21,161 nucleotides of DNA, taken from Thermodesulfobacteriota bacterium. GTDB taxonomy: Bacteria > Desulfobacterota_D > UBA1144. Below the pieces are notes generated by a model. The model did no database searches and was not told where the DNA came from. It saw nothing but the letters and a program-made list of their open reading frames with translations. Where the stretch lies: contig JAQWMJ010000035.1 of the NCBI GenBank assembly GCA_029246845.1, positions 1 to 21,161 of the forward strand. Reading direction: 5' to 3'. This document shows, piece by piece, positions 16,264-21,161 of the stretch. How positions within the stretch are numbered: the first letter of the stretch is position 1; each line of letters starts with the position of its first letter. A program made the position numbers and the translations under genes.

Positions 16264-17967
16264 CTATTGTAAAATTTCGGCAACACTCTTTGTTGGTGCA
16301 ATTATGAAGGTATTGTCTATAAAAAAGGTTCCATTTTTGGCATCACACAGTGATGCTTTCTCCCAATTTTTCTTATTTGTAAATATATACAAAGAGCTTG
16401 AGTCGAAGATACATGCTTCTAAGGAAAGCTTTAGATCTGCCCTCACTTTTCTTAAAGAGCTTTTCTTTATCCGAGCTAAATATCCACCATTAACCGAAAG
16501 ACCCTGTGTAACAGCAAATAATGTTATTTCTCTATAGTTTTTAATAGGTGTCATTTCGGGATAAATATACTTAATACTATTGTAGGACTTTGCAAATTCT
16601 TCCCACTTGGGATCCTTCAGCATTTGTTTCCAAGTGTGACCACTATAGTTTAGGTTGAATGATTTCAACGCTCTTGTTTGTGTGTAAACTTGAGAAGAAT
16701 CAATAAAACCAATGGATATTATAATAATTAGAATTGCAATAATCTTTTTTGGATTTATAGATTTGTAAAAAATATAAAAAGAAAAAAAAGTTATTATATA
16801 CATAACAGGCCAAAAAAATCTTCCAGAAGATCTAAAAACACCAAAAAGTTTCTTAGCAAATGATGGAAGTGGATAGCTTATAAGTAAGCTATCATTCAGT
16901 ATTACTTTATGACTTAATGCAAAAATGACTAGAAATAGGCAAGCTATAAGAATTGGTAAGTAGTTTTCTTTAGTAAATTTAATAAGATTTTTTTTATAAT
17001 TTATTATAGTTGTTAATATTATCAATATCATCGAAGTCCCAATAAAATTAAATCCCTCGTAGTCACCAGAGCCCTTAATATTAGTAGTATCAGTTAGATT
17101 TGGGATTAGTTTAGAAAAATTAAAAGAATCAGTATTTATGTTTGCTAGAGATACGCTAGGATCAAAAATAGAATTTAAATTCATCCTATAGTTCCCATAT
17201 CCCTGATAGTATGAGTAAGTTTCATTGCTAGTCTCAACACCAATTAGTAAAAAAATTAGTCCTATAGATAAAAAAGTATATACAGAGCAAAGGAAAACAT
17301 TATGGTTGTTAATCTCTTTGTTTAACCTTCTCTTAAAAAGGTCTGCAAAAAAGATCGGTAGTATCATAGCAAACAGATAAGCCATGGATAAAAGAGAAAG
17401 TATTAGTAAGCTTATCCATCGTGTATATTTGAATTGAGGGATTAAGTATAAGTAGATAGAGGCAATTATTATCCAATGCCCAAATAGACCGTTGTGATTT
17501 ATTAATAAATTAAAAGGCAATATTGGGCTCAAAAGAACTATAGATACAAATAAAAACTTGGTAATTTGGCATTTAACAAATAAGTCTAATATCTTAATAG
17601 TGAAATAGGCTTGTAAGAACAAGCAAATTAAGTGATATATTCCAAAGAACTGAAAAGGGAACCCTAATATTTTATCAAAAGGTTTAAGTATGAGCGAAAC
17701 TATTGGTATTGATCCAGTGTATATAAGAGAGATATTAAGCTCTTGACCATAAGGATAGTTGCTTAGAATAGGGTATTGAAAAAAATCAGTCCATCGAAAG
17801 TATTCATATCCAAACCAAATAATTGATGCGTCGTCGTTACCTTGAAAAAAAATCCAATCAATATTTCTTGGATTTAAATAATTTAAACTAAAGCCCGTCA
17901 TATAAAAGAAAAAGAAGAGAGATATGGATAAAAGAATAATATTTCTTTTAGAATTCAGGGTTTTCAT
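16264..17967 (-). CDS. DUF6311-like polytopic membrane protein (putative GT-C glycosyltransferase)
   Basis: 567 aa with many TMs; 'GNDD...GYEYFRW', 'SLIYTGSIP', 'FQFFG', 'MNLNSIFDP', 'YEGFNFIG', 'FRSSGRFFWPVMY', 'NGGYLAR'. Confidence 0.7.
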   Translation of the reverse strand: MKTLNSKRNIILLSISLFFFFYMTGFSLNYLNPRNIDWIFFQGNDDASIIWFGYEYFRWTDFFQYPILSNYPYGQELNISLIYTGSIPIVSLILKPFDKILGFPFQFFGIYHLICLFLQAYFTIKILDLFVKCQITKFLFVSIVLLSPILPFNLLINHNGLFGHWIIIASIYLYLIPQFKYTRWISLLILSLLSMAYLFAMILPIFFADLFKRRLNKEINNHNVFLCSVYTFLSIGLIFLLIGVETSNETYSYYQGYGNYRMNLNSIFDPSVSLANINTDSFNFSKLIPNLTDTTNIKGSGDYEGFNFIGTSMILIILTTIINYKKNLIKFTKENYLPILIACLFLVIFALSHKVILNDSLLISYPLPSFAKKLFGVFRSSGRFFWPVMYIITFFSFYIFYKSINPKKIIAILIIIISIGFIDSSQVYTQTRALKSFNLNYSGHTWKQMLKDPKWEEFAKSYNSIKYIYPEMTPIKNYREITLFAVTQGLSVNGGYLARIKKSSLRKVRADLKLSLEACIFDSSSLYIFTNKKNWEKASLCDAKNGTFFIDNTFIIAPTKSVAEILQ

Positions 17968-18154
17968 CGGATAAATGATAGCACAATATAGTGTTTACTT
18001 TACAAAAAACACCCATATTTACCTCTTTGATTAGGCACTTTTTAAACTTTTTTAGTAGGCATTTATAATGCTTAATATAAAAATATAAAATTTAATTATA
18101 TTTTAACTAAATTTAAATCAATAATATTAGTATTTTAAGCATAAAAAAGTAAAC

Positions 18155-18829
18155 TTATTTCATGATATTTTTAAATAAATCTACCATCATTTTCTTATTC
18201 AGTCTTCCAGTGTTAACATTTCTGGGACTTGGATGATAGCATCCAATAAGACTCTTTCCATCCGGTAGATTATGACTAGATCCATGTGTAAACTGAGGTT
18301 TTTTCTTAAATTTTCCATAATTTTCAATATAATATTTTACCGTTGCTTCGAAAGCTATCTTACCCAAAGCAACAATAAATATTGATTTTTTTAATAGTTT
18401 TAATTCATTTTTAAAATACTTTGAACATGTTTCAAGCTCTATTGAAGTTGGCTTATCTTCAGGGGGTACGCATTTCAAAGCTGTAGTTATATAGGAATCT
18501 TTCAATTTTAATCCATCATTTTTAGATGTAGAGTAGGGCTGATTGCTTATATTTGCTTCATATAAACACTGATAAAGAAATTCTGAAGATTTATCACCTG
18601 TAAAAACTCTACCAGTCCTCGTTCCACCGTGAGCGGCTGGTGCAAGTCCAACTATTAGAATCCTACCTTTTTTATCACCAAACCCTGTGATTGGCCTACC
18701 CCAATAGTCTTGATCCATATACTCTTTTCTTTTATTTTTGGATATCTTTTTTCTGAAATTTACAAGTCTAGTGCACTTGTTACAATTGATTATCTTTTTA
18801 TTTAACGACTCTAAAGTAAGGGGATACAT
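18155..18829 (-). CDS. Uracil-DNA glycosylase, family 5 (UdgB-type, Fe-S)
   Basis: 'CNKCTRL', 'YWGRPITGFGD', 'VGLAPAAHGGTRTGRVFTGD', 'KCVPP', 'ETC', 'YHPSPRNVNTGRL'. Confidence 0.92.
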   Translation of the reverse strand: MYPLTLESLNKKIINCNKCTRLVNFRKKISKNKRKEYMDQDYWGRPITGFGDKKGRILIVGLAPAAHGGTRTGRVFTGDKSSEFLYQCLYEANISNQPYSTSKNDGLKLKDSYITTALKCVPPEDKPTSIELETCSKYFKNELKLLKKSIFIVALGKIAFEATVKYYIENYGKFKKKPQFTHGSSHNLPDGKSLIGCYHPSPRNVNTGRLNKKMMVDLFKNIMK

Positions 18830-18831
18830 GT

Positions 18832-19149
18832 TTAGTTTGCTTTAAACTTTAATTGATAATCTTTTCCATTAAACTTCTCAAATATATATTGAACCATAGA
18901 GTGGTTTATTGGTTTTGGATTCAAAACCTCTTCTATATTCTTTTCGGCAACATAAGTTGTTTTCTCATCATCACTTACTAATACATGGCACCAAGGTTTG
19001 TCTCTAGGTGGTTTTGTTTCTGCTACTTTGTCATACCATTCATCTGTTCCTTCGAAATATGGATCAATATCAAATATGACACCTGTATAATCAAACAACT
19101 TGTGTCTAACAATTTGACCAATTTTGAACTTAGTTTTAACTTCTTTCAT
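18832..19149 (-). CDS. hspQ: Heat shock protein HspQ (YccV-like)
   Basis: 'KFKIGQIVRHKLFDYTGVIFDIDP', 'PPRDKPWCHVLV', 'TYVAEKNI', 'PINHS'; 2-nt gap to the UDG gene. Confidence 0.9.
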   Translation of the reverse strand: MKEVKTKFKIGQIVRHKLFDYTGVIFDIDPYFEGTDEWYDKVAETKPPRDKPWCHVLVSDDEKTTYVAEKNIEEVLNPKPINHSMVQYIFEKFNGKDYQLKFKAN

Positions 19150-19216
19150 ACATAAATTTTACACTAAAACACTTGATTTTTATATTCAAAAAAGTTCAAA
19201 TATATAATAAGGTATT

Positions 19217-20020
19217 ATGATTTCTATCAATAAAAACAACAAGGGTGAACTAACTGAAGCTAGGGGTAAAAGGGTTAAAAAGTCATCTTTGTACTCCAAA
19301 AACCTTGATTTTGAGTTAAGTAGAAGCAAATTTAATGATTTTTTACTCTGTAAGAGATGTTTTTACTTAGATAGAGTTCTTGGTATCAAAGTGCCTGATA
19401 TGCCTGGATGGACTTTAAATAGTACGGTTGATGAACTTTTAAAGAAAGAGTTTGATTTGTGCAGAAAAACCCAAACACAACATAGACTAATGATTAAGTA
19501 CAACATGGAAGGTATCGTCCCTTTTGATCATCCTGATATTGATAGATGGAGAGATGCTTTAAGAGGGGGAATTAAATATAGGTACAAAGATACAAATTTG
19601 ATTATCAAGGGTGGTGTTGACGATGTATGGTTTAATCAATTTACAGAAGAAATAATAATAGTTGATTATAAATCTCAAGCTAGCTTTTATAAGGTGAACA
19701 CTGAAGATTACCTTTCAAATATATTCCACGAATCTTACAAAGTTCAAATGGATATTTATGCTTATTTGTTCAAAAAAAATGGTTTTAATGTTTCTGAAGT
19801 TAGTTATTTTTATGTTGCTAATTGTAGAAAAGATATGAGTGGATTTAATTCTAAACTAGTTTTTGATGAAACACTTGTTCCTTATAAGCTTAGAACACAC
19901 TGGATTGATGCTAAGATTGAAGAGATGCTAAATGTGCTGAATTCTGAGGAATTACCATCTTTTAACCCCTTTTGTCAGAACTGTGCTTGCTCTAAAGCTA
20001 GAGCGGAGTTGGAATACTAG
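19217..20020 (+). CDS. Stand-alone PD-(D/E)XK (RecB/Cas4-like) nuclease
   Basis: 'LSRSKF...CKRCFYLDR', 'GGVDDVW', 'IIIVDYKS', 'QMDIYAYL', C-terminal 'CQNCAC'. Confidence 0.85.
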   Translation: MISINKNNKGELTEARGKRVKKSSLYSKNLDFELSRSKFNDFLLCKRCFYLDRVLGIKVPDMPGWTLNSTVDELLKKEFDLCRKTQTQHRLMIKYNMEGIVPFDHPDIDRWRDALRGGIKYRYKDTNLIIKGGVDDVWFNQFTEEIIIVDYKSQASFYKVNTEDYLSNIFHESYKVQMDIYAYLFKKNGFNVSEVSYFYVANCRKDMSGFNSKLVFDETLVPYKLRTHWIDAKIEEMLNVLNSEELPSFNPFCQNCACSKARAELEY

Positions 20021-20064
20021 AATTTCCACTATGTAATTATTACTTTTTTCATTATATTTATTGT

Positions 20065-20475
20065 ATGAATTTCGTATCCCTTTTATTATTTTTATTGCTC
20101 TCATTTAATTCTTATTCAGTAACAAAAGATGAATGCATAAAATTGTATGAAAATAACTCTCTTTTTTGTTCTTCAAAATTTTGGGATAAAGTTGCAAAAA
20201 TTAATAGAAAAGGTGTGGTTCATCGATATCAATTACATGAAGACAATAGAGTTACAGGTTATATTTGGAACAATACTAAGCAAGAACGGTATGTCTATTT
20301 ACGCTGGGTACTTCATGATGACGACCTCGTGCAAATAATGTCTGAAAGTCATACAATTTCAATTCTTAGACCAGATGAAAAATATCTTATTGATTTTATT
20401 TTTCATAAAAAGTCAAAGGTGCCCCTTAAAGTGGAAGGTGATTATTTAAGGCTGATGAATTTCGAAGTAAAATAA
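20065..20475 (+). CDS. Secreted hypothetical protein
   Basis: Signal peptide 'MNFVSLLLFLLLSFNSYS', two Cys, beta-rich C-terminal half ('VTGYIWNNT'); fills the gap between the nuclease and gdh. Confidence 0.65.
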   Translation: MNFVSLLLFLLLSFNSYSVTKDECIKLYENNSLFCSSKFWDKVAKINRKGVVHRYQLHEDNRVTGYIWNNTKQERYVYLRWVLHDDDLVQIMSESHTISILRPDEKYLIDFIFHKKSKVPLKVEGDYLRLMNFEVK

Positions 20476-20482
20476 GTAGAAA

Positions 20483-21161
20483 TTAAGGAAAAATTCCCAT
20501 TTCAATATAAGTATTAGCTATCTTTTCTATACCAATTTTATATGCGGCTTCTCTATAAGTTAAAGCCCCTTTGTGTTTAAGTCTTTTGGTTTTTATTTCG
20601 TCAAATGCCTGACACATAGTCTCATTTAAGGCATTGTTGATTAGATCAACTTCTTTGATACTGTTCTCACCTTGATTGTCAATTCTTCCCCATCTAACAT
20701 GGTTAAGATTTTTAAGCCATTCAAAATACGAGACAATGACACCTCCAGAATTTAAATATAAATCAGGCAGAATTATTATTCCATTCTTGGATAAATATTT
20801 ATCTGCTTCATATGTAATAGGGCCGTTCGCGCCTTCTGCAATAATTTTGGCTTTAATTTTATACATATTTGCTTCATTTATTACTTCTTCTAAAGCCGCA
20901 GGAACTAAAATGTCACATTCTTCATAAAAAACTGAGTAGGGGTCATCAAATGCGGTACATGATGCATAGTCAGTTAAATTTTCGCCATTGCTCAAGTGTT
21001 CTTTCACAAGTTCCGGTTCTAGCCCTTTAGGGTTCAATATTGAACCATTATATTCGCAAATACCTATTATCTTGGCTCCCGCCTTATGTAAGAATAAAGC
21101 AGCATGGTATCCAACATTTCCAAAGCCCTGTATTATCACTTTTTTTCCTTTTAAACCCTCT
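20483..21161 (-). CDS. gdhA: Glu/Leu/Phe/Val dehydrogenase (glutamate dehydrogenase), 3' part; truncated by window edge
   Basis: The frame stays open to the window edge (EGLKGKKVIIQGFGNVG); 'CDILVPAALE', 'IAEGANGP', 'PDLYLNSGGVIVSYFEWLKNL'. Confidence 0.93.
   Translation of the reverse strand, partial: EGLKGKKVIIQGFGNVGYHAALFLHKAGAKIIGICEYNGSILNPKGLEPELVKEHLSNGENLTDYASCTAFDDPYSVFYEECDILVPAALEEVINEANMYKIKAKIIAEGANGPITYEADKYLSKNGIIILPDLYLNSGGVIVSYFEWLKNLNHVRWGRIDNQGENSIKEVDLINNALNETMCQAFDEIKTKRLKHKGALTYREAAYKIGIEKIANTYIEMGIFP

Noticed and set aside
17968..18154. AT-rich gap as a possible replication origin or sRNA
   Set aside because: No DnaA boxes (TTATCCACA) and no stable GC-containing stem-loops; the dyads are nearly all AT and expected by chance.
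19217..20020. CRISPR-Cas locus suggested by the Cas4-like gene
   Set aside because: No repeat-spacer array and no cas1, cas2 or effector genes in the window.
365..20927. Other short overlapping ORFs in the track (365-613, 758-955, 1346-1627, 3157-3357, 6238-6552, 7455-7637, 9018-9215, 10261-10485, 12533-12787, 13473-13658, 14415-14663, 15403-15630, 16304-16537, 20147-20338, 20676-20927)
   Set aside because: All lie antisense or out of frame within well-supported genes and show no family motifs.

Overview
AT-rich, densely packed bacterial chromosomal window. It looks like a streamlined marine alphaproteobacterium, inferred from the pgsA, UDG and alpha/beta-hydrolase sequence style; this is not proven. 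Gene order: DUF2237, DAACS symporter, hflK-hflC-YdjM-like hydrolase; a minus-strand oadG-oadA-oadB Na+-translocating oxaloacetate decarboxylase operon of Campylobacterota-like sequence type, ending in a stand-alone T7-DNA-polymerase-type 3'-5' exonuclease; 68-aa ORF; MIP channel; cpdA; alpha/beta hydrolase; pgsA; outer-membrane beta-barrel; azurin; long-chain flavodoxin; MPGP-type HAD phosphatase; secreted hypothetical; TIGR00341; DUF6311-like membrane protein; family-5 UDG; hspQ; solo Cas4-like PD-(D/E)XK nuclease; secreted hypothetical; 3' part of glutamate dehydrogenase. I saw no RNA genes, CRISPR arrays, IS elements or integrase. Most notable: (i) an azurin <- mirror-image promoter -> unannotated 48-aa membrane microprotein -> flavodoxin module made of iron-free electron carriers; (ii) the apparently captured phage exonuclease domain coupled to oadB; (iii) several microproteins missed by the ORF track; (iv) a recurring leaderless-like start architecture.
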